Below are positions 19,030-31,045 of a stretch of DNA of 64,000 bases, piece by piece. The stretch's first letter is position 1, and each line of letters begins with the position of its first letter. A program made the position numbers and the translations under genes. The stretch comes from Paramoeba atlantica. Taxonomy: Eukaryota; Protista; Discosea. The stretch covers positions 92,424 through 156,423 of the forward strand of contig CDRNVI010000022.1 of NCBI GenBank assembly GCA_977017575.1, given 5' to 3'. The notes under the pieces are model-generated. The model did not search any database, was not told where the DNA came from, and saw only the letters and a program-made list of their open reading frames with translations.

Positions 19030-20424
19030 AATTATTTTCCTTATTCCATCTTTTTCCAGGTACGCGGTTCCTTCTATATGACCGTCGAAGAGGAGTCGAC
19101 TCATAAAACAGGATCCTGGGATCAATTTGAAGGTAATGCGCACCTGATTAACCAGCCGAGTACCTACAACGAACTTCTATACACCACTCCCATTCCTACA
19201 AATATCCCTGAAGACTGGTGCAAAAAAGCTGATTCGATTTCACACGGAAAATCGACACCCGACACAGGACGCGAAGATGGAAGCGACGAAGAAATGAATC
19301 ACTCTCGGGTGCTCATCGGCCCAGATCACGAGGTTAAAGCACCACAGTCTGACAAAGATTCTGTATATAAAAAAAAAAAATCGTTTCTATTTGCTGGTTT
19401 TCTCGGGTGGTTTCTTTTTGGGGCTTTGGGTATTCGTTTTTTGGGGAAGGTTTTTCTTGGGGGTGGGAACGGGTTCTTATTTGCTGTTTTTTGGGCCGTT
19501 TGCTCGGTTGAACATTCTTTTACTTTTCGTACAGTTGCTTGTTTCTATTCTGAGCCTAACTTTAAAAAGTATCTAAAAAAAAAAAACGGGGTCATCCGCG
19601 AGATGTAAATTACGATTGAGTAGATTGATTCTGCGTCAAAAAAAAAAAAAAAAAAAAGACCCTCGTGCGGGTTATTGACAGAAGGGGGGGCGACGAGCAG
19701 AATCTTCACGGAGTTAAACGTGACCCTCATGCGCCTTCAGGCCCGCATGATGGTTAATCGCCTTCTCCCTGATGACCCGTTTTCTTGCTTGGGGGAGTAA
19801 ACGTTTCCTGACCGGACGGCAGTCAGCACAGACCCACGTTTGCGCCCTCATAGATGGCTGGCCTGGATGCTGGTCGATGCCGACAGGGTCTATGCTCACG
19901 CCTAGCCCTCAAGGGCTAGGTACTCCAAGTGAGGTAGGACATGGGTCGGGAACTAAAACTTCCTCCCCGTCGGCCAGCACCCTGTTTCGCGACCGTGCCG
20001 CTGTCGGCACAAGCCCGCGCCTGCGCCCTCCCATATAACAAGGGAAGAGTTCACAAGTCAGGCCGAGGAGTGGTCGAAAGACCCGGTCCGGAACGCGCGA
20101 ATGAATTGGGCATAAATTGCTTCTTTTTATTATTATTGTTATCAAAATCATAAATACTGTAACTTAAGGCAGGTTGAATTATTAGTTTTGGGCTACAACA
20201 TGTGAAATTGCTAATTTGATTGCTTGTTTACAAATCATATACCCCCCCAATGGACCTACTTGGTTCGTCTACTGAGTAAAAAAAAAAAAAAAAAAATTCG
20301 GAGATCGAATTGCTAGTTTTGGGCTCCAAAATATGAAATTGCTAAAAAAAAAAAAAAAAAAAAAACTTTAACGATAAAGATACAGTTTCTGTACCTTGTT
20401 GATTTATTTCCTAATCCTCTCCAA

Positions 20425-23400
20425 ATGGTCGCGTTGACTCGCTCCGTAGCCATACGCTCGGGCCAACACATTGAAACTCCACCCTTACCTTTGTGCCGCG
20501 GACATAAGAACCGCCCCCTGAAGGATTCCTTGCTTCCAAACCCCCACGACGCAAAAACTTCTCCGACGGATTCACCGGTAAAAATTTCTGATCTCCCTCG
20601 CGAAGATTCCACTAATCCTTGCAAACACATATGTAAAAACAAACTGACATGCAAACACAGTTGTTGCAAGCGCGGTCTCAACACTGGTACGGAATTCACG
20701 CGGCCACACGCGACGCAGGAAAATCCGTCCACGAAACCGTGCCACCACAGCTGCAAGGTAAAGTCGACGTGCAGACAAAAAAAATCCAAAAAAAAAATCC
20801 AAATCATTCCGGATTGCTCCGGATGGTCACTGGCAAGCCAGACCCTTCACAGACAGATTTGGAAGTTCCGAGGCCGACGTCCTCTACCAGTTTCCGCTTG
20901 TCCAAGGCGGCACCAACGTGCTGTTGCCAACACGCTGCGTCGACGAACTGTACGTCAACACGGCTTACCCAAGAGGTGTAAGCCGGGTAAGGGAGCTGGT
21001 TCCCTGAGGGGAGGGTCCGGGACGGTCCTCCGAGTACTGGGCCTAGTCGGTTATCAGCCCAGCCTCTTAGAGTGAGGCCGCCAGGAATGTTGCGATGAGT
21101 GCAGACACTCATGGTGCGACGTGCAGACACCAGTGCTGTAAGCGTGCACACGCCCCAGCCCGCACGGCGCAGTGGAGGCGCCTATTGACAGTTCCCATCA
21201 CATACATACAGTTTGCATACGTACTGGTGACGATCGTCTTCTTCATACTAAAGTACACTAGCGTTATTGTAGGGAACGTCCTCGCCCTAGGATGCACGGT
21301 GACTTGGACAGTCGCATGCCTGGTCGGGAGCATTATATTGAAAACGCGTGGTCTGCTTTCACTTCGTTCCAAGGACGTTGCCGCACCAGGTCATGACCCC
21401 CCTGTGACGCTAAACCTCTGCACACGTAAACGAAATTGTGTCTCACCGCAACCTTCTCCCCCCACCTTGTTCTCTGTTACCTTGAGCAATCCTCCTAGCT
21501 TTGAGTTATTGATTCCTGTATCCCCAACCGACGAGACTGACTCAACTCAGGAGACCGTACTATGCGACCCTCACCGCGCTGTGACTCTAGCTGGTCCTGC
21601 AACGGAAGCTGTCGTGCCACCTCTTCGTTCTGCGGGGGACCCGCCCCTCCCGGAACGTCGGTACTGTCCGGCAGACGGATGTGCGTGGTCCGCACAATCC
21701 CACGGCGGCAAATGGCAAGCTTTTTATAATCATGTGGCCTCCCGACACGCCGAAGGCATACCGCTAGAGTGGTGGGCACGTGAAGGCAGATTTCTTTGCA
21801 CGGTGTGCAACAAACATTTTGTGTTGACCAAGAAAGAAGCCCATTCAATTCAATGCTACGGGGCGGACCCACCTCCCACACAGCCATCACCAACAAGAGA
21901 TCTTCCTGACCCCGCGTACCCTTCAGAGACGCCAGAGGAATCTAGCTTACCGCCCACTATAGACCCACCATGTTTCCCTAGCCTAAGAGCCGTCTGTACA
22001 ACACCTATGACCACGTCCAAAGACGTTCCTTTCCGATGCCGACGCCAGTGGGATACGGTCCTAACAGCCACCGTCGCAACAGCCGAGAGGGAGAACACCG
22101 TCGCTGCATGGACACGACTAGCGATGCTTCCGAAATGTGTCCTTCCAGCCCCGCATAGAAGAGGACGAAAGGGAAATAGCTCGTACGCCTCCCACGTGCG
22201 GAAATGTCTGGATCGCTGGGAAGCACACGAATATTCAGCCCTGTGGAAAGAAGCTGTACTTGAACACCAGAAGAAGAGGAAGCAAGGATCCGGAGCAGGT
22301 ACACTACTGGATGAGGAAAAGAAAGCGATTCGCTCCGAACTACTGGTCCGTCAAGGAGAAGTTTCTCGAGGAATAGCTGCACTCACTTCGGCGCCAATGG
22401 CACCCGACAATGAGGAGACATATAACAAACTAGTCACCAAGCACCCGAGCCGGCTGTTCGGTCCACTACGCCAAAGCGCACCGTCCTCCAACGAAATCAT
22501 TTCCTTGACTGTCAATGAGGATGATGTACGAAAGGCGATCCAAAGCTTTAACAGGGGCTCCTCAGGTGGAACCATGGCGCTACGAGCGGAACATATACAA
22601 GCGGCATTATTCGCTGGAACTGACACGGATGTTCATCCCCTCGAGAGTCTCACAAAGCTTGCCAATCACCTACTCGCCGGTAAGGCTCCAGTTGAAGCAC
22701 AACAATATTACGCAGGGGCTCGATTGTGTGCATTGCAGAAAGGGCAAAATGATGTAAGACCTATCGCAGCAGGGGAAACGTTGCGCCGCATGGTCAGCAA
22801 GGATGCCTGCTCTGTTGTAAAGTCCAAAGCTAGCACACTTTTCCAAGGACGTCAATATGGTGTGGCAACGGCATCTGGCTCCGAAAGGGTTATCCACCTC
22901 TGCCGCCAAGTGGTGGAGTCCACAAAGAATGACCCAGAATTTGTCTTATGCAAGGTGGACCTTCGTAACGCATTCAATACGGTTTCCAGGGCGGCGTTCA
23001 TATCTCTATCAGAAAAGCACTTCCCCGAGTTGACTCCTTGGATAAATTGGTGCTACTCCACCGATAGCGCACTCACATATGGTTCTCAAACAGTTGCCTC
23101 CACCGAAGGAGTTCAACAGGGCGACCCTTTAGGGCCCCTCCTTTTCTCCATGGTTCTGCGAGAGATTACTGAACTGATCGAGAATGAAGTGCCCAGCGGA
23201 CTCCTCTTGCACCTTTGGTATCTCGATGACGGTGTTTTAGCCGGAAAATCCGACAGCGTACGGAGGGCGTTGGATGCTATAGCATGTGCGGGACCTCAGT
23301 GGGGGCTCCATCTTAATGCGAGTAAATGCGAGATAATATCTCATCCGATATCCTCGCGTTGCACGGACTCATTCACTACCATCCCAGCCAGAATGAAAAA

Positions 23401-24859
23401 TCACGAAGGAAACTTTAGCATTTTGGGTAGCCCAGTAGGGTCAGAAGAGTTCTGTATTGAATACCTACGTGAGTTTGCGATCGAACCTGCGGAAGCAACT
23501 CTAAAGGCGATAGGCATACTAGAAGACCCACAGGTAGCCCTCACGCTAATTCGCCACTGCGCTGGCTTTTGCCAATTAGTCTACTCCCTCCGCACAACGC
23601 CACCAAAATACATGGTAGACCTCTGTCAGAGGCTTGATAACGCCGTGCTCCGCGCTACGGAGCTTATACTCTGTCCTCTAGACGTCCCGGCACGAGCACA
23701 AATCCAACGCGACAAGAGACATGGTGGTTTTGGCCTAAGATCCTCCGTTATACATTCATCTGCAGCTTATGTCTCTTCAGCAGCCTTTGCGGGTTCTCAA
23801 GATGACTGGGCACCGTCCGAGGCGAAATGGTTTTCCGAGGCAGTGGAGCGTGTTAACCGCCAGGCGGGAAAGACTTTGGTGGATTCGACAACCGGCAAAA
23901 TACAGGAGGCACTAATCCACAAAGATTATAACGCATCAACCAACCCTCTCAATGCACACCATGATCACAGCCTAGATGCCGGGATGAATGAAAAGCTGAT
24001 TATCCCGCGACAGAAACACCTTTGTCGCGAGATAGGCGACCGGGAATTTTCTTCAGCATATGAGGCAGCAGACTTCAACACACGCGCACGTTTGATTTCG
24101 CAAACTGGGAGAGGGGCCGCGAGTTGGGCATTCGTTATTCCCTCCAAGGAGAGAGGATACTCTTACACTCCTACTGAGTTTCGCGCCTTGTCCCGCTGGT
24201 GGTTGGGAGCAGACATTTACCCCGGAACGCGGCCCTGTCCTATGGGGAGGTGTCAGCAACCGTTGGGACCAAAAGGCGACCATGCCGTGTCCTGTAAGTG
24301 TGGACATGGCATCATGACGCGCCACAACGCGCTGGCGTGTCAATTTGTCGATTTCTGCAGTAAGGCGCACCTCGCCCCCCAACGGGAGGTAAGTCTTGGC
24401 AATCGCGGTCCCGCTGGAGCGCCCACGAGGCCTGGTGATGTCGTTTTGCCCAGCATTGGCTTAGGCAAGTCTCTGGTGCTTGATTTCGCCGTTACCCACG
24501 TTCAGCAACCCAAATACGCGGACCTCGTCCGTAACGCTAACGGGGTGACGGCGGGATCATTCGCCGAGAGCTATGCCACAAGCCATAAGCAGGTGCAGCG
24601 ACGGGACGCCGAGACTGCTGGGCACGACTTCGCGGCCATGGTCGTAGGCTCCTATGGCTCGTGGTCCGACAGCGCCCTCGCTGTGCTTAAGAAGGTTGGA
24701 GCGTGGCGCTCTGCTACGTCCCAAGGGACGATGGACAGGGGAACGGCGACGGCAAATCTCATCCGTGACTTGAATGTCACTTTAATGCGAGCTCAGGCTC
24801 GTATGATGGTGGCGCGGATGGCAGAAGATGACCCGGATCCACCTCTGCTCCTGAATTAG
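20425..24859 (+). CDS. Family D polyprotein (Cys/His fingers, hydrophobic segment, C2H2-like finger, RT, CCHC, REL); about 1360 aa after removing the SINE
   Basis: RT: DVRPIAAGE, DLRNAFN, GVQQGDPLGPLLF, WYLDDG. CPMGRC...HAVSC knuckle. REL: RPGDV...LDFAVTH. Removing 352 nt (insert plus one TSD) rejoins KSTCR|HQCCK in frame. Confidence 0.88.
20778..21116 (-). mobile_element. SINE-like non-autonomous retroposon, 339 bp copy
   Basis: 13 bp TSD CGACGTGCAGACA at 20765-20777 and 21117-21129; short-repeat tail; many hairpins; second copy at 1541-1791. Confidence 0.88.
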
Positions 24860-26029
24860 AGGGTGATGCATTCTTTTTTTTTTCTTTTTCTTTTCTTTGG
24901 TTTGGTTTCGTCAAATAGAGTGATTTGTTGTAGATTGATTTATAGAGATAAATTTGAATAATAAAAAAAAAAAAATACTGATACCGTACATTCATAGAAA
25001 GTTAGAACTCATACTCAAAAAAAAAAAAAAAAAAAAAAAAAGAATTGTGGACTCAGTCCACAATGCTAGCTGGGTGACCCCGGGGTCTTTTGCCGAGCAC
25101 TTCGCGGAGACCAAGGCGCGACAGCGACAAGAAGCAGAAAAAGCAGGACACCTCTTCACAGCGATGGTGGTGGAATCCTTTGGTTCCTGGAGCGAGAGTG
25201 CGCTAGCGTTACTCCGGGACATCGGAACCCAACGGGCGAACGCATCCAAAGGGCTCCTTTCACGAGACCAAGCGCGAAACGATCTCCTAACAGATCTGAA
25301 CGTGACGCTAATGCGTTCTCAAGCCAGGATGATGGTTTCGCGCATCCGCGTAGAGGACCCAGCGGATCCTTTGGTAGAGGCTTAAGCCTCTACTGACAGT
25401 CCTATTTCAGCACGAAGACGCCATGGTATCCAGGACGGGTGCTGGTCGGGTCGACAGAGTCTATGCTCACGCCTAGCCCGCGAGGGCTAGGTACCCCAAG
25501 TGAGGTAGTACACGGGCAGTGAATCTCCTCCCCGTCGGCCAGCATCCTGTTTCGCGACCGTGTCGCTGTCGACACAGGCCCGCGCCTGCGCCCTCCCGTA
25601 TAGCAAGGGACGGGTTCACAAGTCAGGCCGTGGAGTGGTCGAAAGACCCGGTCCGGAACGCGCGAATGGATTGGGCCTGGATTGCTTGTTTTTATTTTTA
25701 CTGTGTCTTGTTTGTCGTATATACTTAGGGGAGATTGAATTGCTAGTTTTGGGCTAAGAAAAAAGAAAAAGAAAATATACTTCTGTGGAAATAAAAAGAT
25801 TTGCTAATTTGATTGCTTGTTTTAAATTCATATACCCCCCCCAATGGACCTACTATGTACTTGGTTCGTCTACTGGGTCAACATATAGAGGCAATGCCGC
25901 GATTCATACTTCTCCCCCCTTATTAACTGCAAAAAAAAAGACCTCCTTTAACGATAAAGATACAGTTTCTGTACCTTGTTGAATTATTTTCCTTATTCCA
26001 TCTTTTTCCAGGTACGCGGTTCCTTCTAT

Positions 26030-29000
26030 ATGACCGTCGAAGAGGAGTCGACTCATAAAAAAGGATCCTGGGATCAATTTGAAGGTAATGCGCACCTGAT
26101 TAACCAGCCGAGTACCTACAACGAACTTCTATACACCACTCCCATTCCTACAAATATCCCTGAAGACTGGTGCAAAAAAGCTGATTCGATTTCACACGGA
26201 AAATCGACACCCGACACAGGACGCGAAGATGGAAGCGACGAAGAAATGAATCACTCTCGGGTGCTCATCGGCCCAGATCACGAGGTTAAAGCACCACAGT
26301 CTGACAAAGATTCTGTTGCAAAGAAGTTCGTACGGCGTAAAGCATCCACCTCATCTCCTTGTACTAAAGGGCACATTCGAGGCATCATAAAAACTCCCAA
26401 GACGCGAGACAAAACCACTTTCAGAAAAACGGAAGAGGCGGACCATAGGGTACACGACAATGAGTTACGCGATAGGGAAGATTTGCTTGCAATGGAGCTT
26501 GATCCATGTTCGACGCAACTAACGACAACCCAAATACAGACTGCGTCCGCTGGATCCACGATTCACGACCAAGCTGCCCCCTATCCCCCACCATCGCAAC
26601 AAAGAGGAATGCCCCCAGCAACCAATTCTGCAGAGAACGCTGTCTCAGCAGAATTGAGTCAAGGACAACGGGAAGATGGGTACTCCGGCTCACAAGGCGC
26701 ATCTTTTCCCCTCAACGGAGACGATTCTCGACAGTGCCCGGGTCAGGGATGTTCATGGCGGAGCTTGCCACACGGCGGGTCGTGGCAAGCTTTTTACAAC
26801 CACGTCGCTTGCCGGCACGGAAGCAGCATTCCCGAAGAGTGGTGGGATGGAGAAGGTCGCTTCCTTTGTTCTTCTTGCGGGCGAAACTACGACAAAAACA
26901 AACGTTCATATCACCCCCATAGCTGCAAAGCAACAAAGGCCTCTCCGCCATCCGAGCTTCATGCGCAAACCCTTCCTGACGCGGAGATCCCAGGACGGAG
27001 AGCCGGAATCACTCAGTTTGAGCTTCCATCTTTATCAACTATCTGCTCGCTACCGCTTAGTACATGCAAGGACGTACCACATCGATGCCGCCAGCTGTGG
27101 GGTGAAATTCTTACGGAGACCATGGATAACGCCGTCAAAGACAATTCACTGCAGTCGTGGACCTTGCTGGCCATGCTACCCAAATGTGTCCTCCCCGCCC
27201 CACGCCGTGGAGGTCGCAAAGGCCACATGGCATATGCTTCCCACGCCTACAGTTGCATGCAGCGTTGGCTTGCGTTGGATTATTCCCTCCTCTGGAAAGA
27301 GGCCTTGACGACCTACCGCAAAAAGGAAGCAACACCTACCGAGGTTAGTGATGAAGAAGAGAAAGCCACACTAAGGGCAGAACTCCTCGTTCGGCAGGGG
27401 GAATATTCCAGAGGCTTGGCTGCTCTAACGTCGGATCCCATGGCTCCGGACGATGATGACACGTTCTCTAAGCTACAAGAAAAACACCCCTGCCGTCTGC
27501 TCATCCCTGGGAGCGTCAACCACTTCCCCGCTGCAGCACCCCTGGAGTTGGATGAATCCGAAATTGAGAAGGCGGTAAAGAGTTTTCACCGAGGCTCCTC
27601 CGCGGGCACAATGGGACTGCGCCCCGAGCACTTACAAGCGGCGATACTTACCCACGGAGGCAAGAACGTTAATTCACTCCAGTCTCTAACGAAGCTGGCG
27701 AATCACCTCCTAGCGGGAAAAGCACCAGTGGAAGTACAGAGCCACTTTGCTGGAGCCCGGCTGTGCGCTTTAGAGAAAGGCGAAAACGACGTCCGCCCAA
27801 TTGCCGCAGGAGAAACTGTGAGACGGTTGGTGAGCAAGGCTGCGTGCAACGCGGTTCGGTCCAAAGCTAGTACTCTTTTCGCTGGTCGGCAATATGGTGT
27901 AGCTACACCAGCAGGGGCTGAGCGCATAATCCACATGTGCCGCTTGGCTATTTCATCGAACATGGATTGCCCCAATTTTGTACTATGCAAAGTTGACCTC
28001 CGAAACGCGTTCAACAACGTGAGCAGAGCTTGCTTTCTACCTCTAGTCCAGGAACATTTCCCTGAGCTATTCCCATGGATAAACTGGTGCTACGCAAATC
28101 CCAACTCCCTTACCTACGGACTCCGATCACTTTCTTCCGAAGAAGGAGTGCAGCAGGGCGACCCTTTAGGACCACTACTCTTCTCATTAGTGTCCTTAGC
28201 GCTCTCAGAAGCAATCGATCTTCAGGCGGACCTCTTCGCCCAGCTATGGTACCTCGACGACGGTGTCCTCATTGGCCAGGCGCAAGACGTCAGGAACGCC
28301 CTCGACACGATTGCCAGAGTAGGTCCGCAATGGGGCTTATTCCTTAACATGTCTAAATGTGAGATCATTACACCCCCCACCTCGGCACACCACGCCTCTG
28401 AATTTCCAGACATACCCGTCAATAAGATCAACGTCCATGGCAATTTCGACATCCTTGGAAGCCCGGTGGGATCGCCCGAACATTGCTCAGAGTATCTCGC
28501 GATCCACGCCATAGGCCCCGCTGAGGATACGCTCGACGCGATCGCCACCATTCGGGACCCACAGGTCGCACTTGCTCTTATCAGGCAGTGTGCCGGTTTC
28601 TGCCAGATGGTCTACGCCCTGAGAAGCACACCACCCCAAACCATAGCCCATCTCTGCGCCCGACTCGACGATTTTCTTATGACCGCCACCGAAGCTATAA
28701 TTTGCCCCCTGGACCCCTACGCCCGATCTCAGGCACAACGTTTGAAGCGGCATGGCGGTTTTGGGTTAAGATCCGCAGCGTTACACGCCACTGCCGCATA
28801 CGTATCTTCCGTCGCCTTCTCTGCGGATAAAGATTCATGGAACCCCTCTGATGCGGATGGGTTTGTGGAAGCTGTCAGGGACATCAATCAGAAAGCTGGA
28901 ACATCTTTACTTGATCCCCGAGGTCGGATCCTTACAACGCCGAACGCCCCTTGCGAAAAAGCAGTGAGTAGTCCCTTCTTTTACCGAAAAAGGAAACGTA

Positions 29001-30466
29001 CGCTAAGTATCAACGATAACCCTCCCTCAGAGAACTCCCTACCACCCGCGCTCCGTACAACTTCCCGCACCATGCACATCCCTGAAGATATCCACTTATC
29101 TACACCATTGTATGCCTCGGAGGATTGTACTGATACAGATCCCCCACAATGGAGGAAAGGGAAGATTCCACGCCAACGAGACATCAGCTACGCGATCGCG
29201 GCCTATGATTTCTCTCATTCGTACGAGATGTCAGATGTGCGAACACGAACAAGATGGATATCCCAATGCGGGAAAGGGGCAAGCAGCTGGGCTTTTGTAA
29301 CCCCGTCTAAGGACGAATTGTTCATCATCGTATTTGTAATAAATAGAAAGATACTGCACAATAACATATTCGTTTCACCAGCGCATATTTCCTTCTGCAC
29401 ATATTACTAATAACACTTTGAACTCGTGTAATCCAATCCAAAGATAAAATAGTTTTTTCACTGGGACGTCCCTTCATATAAATCATAACTTCCAACCAAT
29501 CACTGTCCTATACCTTGCGATCGGGTAGTACCACGCGGGGACCACCCACTCGCCAGTTCCTATATACCCAACTTTCCTTACGCGAATAGGGAGTGAAAAA
29601 CAAACTACAAGGTGACAATTGTAATTTTTCTATACACATATTTATCACATATTAATAGATCATAATAAAATATTATTATGTGCCCCGTAGGGCCACACAT
29701 ACCCTCTATAATATAGAAAACCTGCAAATCCTCTTCAAACAATTCTTTTCGTAAACTATAAATGGGGTATTCCTTTACTCCTACAGAATTTCGAACCTTG
29801 GCCCGCTGGTGGTTAGGGGTCGACGTCTACCCTGAAGAAGGGAAATGCCCTATGCCGAAATGTTCTCTCCCACTGGACACCAAAGGGGACCACGCATTGT
29901 CCTGCAAACACGGCAATGGAATTATCACGAGGCATAATGCCGTGGCAGATCAGTTCGCCGACCTTTGCAGCAGAGCCAAACTGGCCCCACAACGAGAAAA
30001 AAGTCTTGGCAACAGAGGCCCAGGGGGCGCCCTCACCAGACCCGGCGATGTCTATTTGCCCGGTCTCCAGTTGGGGAATCCGATTGTACTTGACTTCGCG
30101 GTCACCCATGCTCAGCAACTAAAATATACGGACAAAGTCCGGAATGCTAGCTGGGTAACCGCGGGGTCATTTGCTGAACAATATTCATCAACGCAAAAGG
30201 GCCAGCAGAGACACGAATCTGAAGAAGCCGGCTGTGCATTCACCGCCATGGTGGTGGAGAGCTACGGTGCGTGGAGCAGCAGTGCATCCGCAGTACTCCG
30301 TAAAGTTGGAGAACGGCTTTCGCACGCCTCGTGCGGGTTATTGACAGAAGGGGGGGCGACGAGCAGAATCTTCACGGAGTTAAACGTGACCCTCATGCGC
30401 CTTCAGGCCCGCATGATGGTTAATCGCCTTCTCCCTGATGACCCGTTTTCTTGCTTGGGGGAGTAA
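26030..30466 (+). CDS. Family A polyprotein (LsmAD-like N-terminus, Zn finger, RT, CCHC, REL); 1329 aa after removing the 447 bp insertion at 29315-29761
   Basis: GVQQGDPLGPLLF, WYLDDG, CPMPKC...HALSC, RPGDV...LDFAVTH. The rejoined WAFVTPSKD|MGYSFTPTEF matches D (WAFVIPSKERGYSYTPTEF). Confidence 0.88.
29315..29761. mobile_element. AT-rich TSD-less insertion, copy 1 (447 bp), class unknown
   Basis: Runs GAATTGTTCATCA to CGTAAACTATAA; interrupts the A ORF; shares termini and internal blocks with 37349-37786. Confidence 0.8.
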
Positions 30467-30531
30467 ACGTTTCCTGACCGGACGGCAGTCAGCACAGACC
30501 CACGTTTGCGCCCTCATAGATGGCTGGCCTG

Positions 30532-30780
30532 GATGCTGGTCGATGCCGACAGGGTCTATGCTCACGCCTAGCCCTCAAGGGCTAGGTACTCCAAGTGAGG
30601 TAGGACATGGGTCGGGAACTAAAACTTCCTCCCCGTCGGCCAGCACCCTGTTTCGCGACCGTGCCGCTGTCGGCACAAGCCCGCGCCTGCGCCCTCCCAT
30701 ATAACAAGGGAAGAGTTCACAAGTCAGGCCGAGGAGTGGTCGAAAGACCCGGTCCGGAACGCGCGAATGAATTGGGCATA
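30532..30780 (+). ncRNA. Putative structured RNA element in the 3'UTR of families A and B (function unknown)
   Basis: Much higher nucleotide conservation between A and B than in the adjacent coding sequence, with compensatory stem changes and GAAA/GCGA tetraloops. Confidence 0.6.
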
Positions 30781-31045
30781 AATTGCTTCTTTTTATTATT
30801 ATTGTTATCAAAATCATAAATACTGTAACTTAAGGCAGGTTGAATTATTAGTTTTGGGCTACAACATGTGAAATTGCTAATTTGATTGCTTGTTTACAAA
30901 TCATATACCCCCCCAATGGACCTACTTGGTTCGTCTACTGAGTAAAAAAAAAAAAAAAAAAAAAATTTCGGAGATCGAATTGCTAGTTTTGGGCTCCAAA
31001 ATATGAAATTGCTAAAAAAAAAAAAAATAAAAAAAAAAAGACCTC

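Larger units (their letters stand above)
17883..20365 (+). repeat. Plus-strand copy of the 2.28 kb composite unit that forms the 45-64 kb array
   Basis: Same order and junctions as the array unit: A tail-pA, E-pA, B3'-pA, SL-A5'-pA, F-pA, G-pA, A3'-pA, E-pA. Confidence 0.9.
20366..24975 (+). mobile_element. CRE/SLACS-like element family D, full length and SL-led
   Basis: SL exon at 20366-20401, ATG at 20425, RT-REL ORF, short T-rich 3'UTR, A-tail at about 24962-24975. Confidence 0.87.
25946..30965 (+). mobile_element. CRE/SLACS-like element family A, full length and SL-led
   Basis: SL exon at 25946-25981, ATG at 26030, RT-REL ORF, structured 3'UTR, poly(A) at about 30943-30965. Confidence 0.9.

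Noticed and set aside
20366-20420. Functional SL RNA gene
   Set aside because: No SL copy is followed by the GT donor and SL intron; each runs straight into element 5'UTR (ATTTA or AATTA).
20778-21116. tRNA- or 7SL-derived SINE head
   Set aside because: I see no convincing A/B boxes, cloverleaf or SRP signature by eye; an Infernal scan is needed to exclude it fully.
21095-24859. Group II intron maturase or retron/DGR RT
   Set aside because: The YLDD RT is followed by a CCHC knuckle, a REL endonuclease and a poly(A) tail, which is CRE/SLACS architecture; there is no intron domain V.
30740-30780. HDV-like ribozyme suggested by GCGAATG in the A/B 3'UTR
   Set aside because: I could not find the P1, P3/L3 and P1.1 arrangement upstream.
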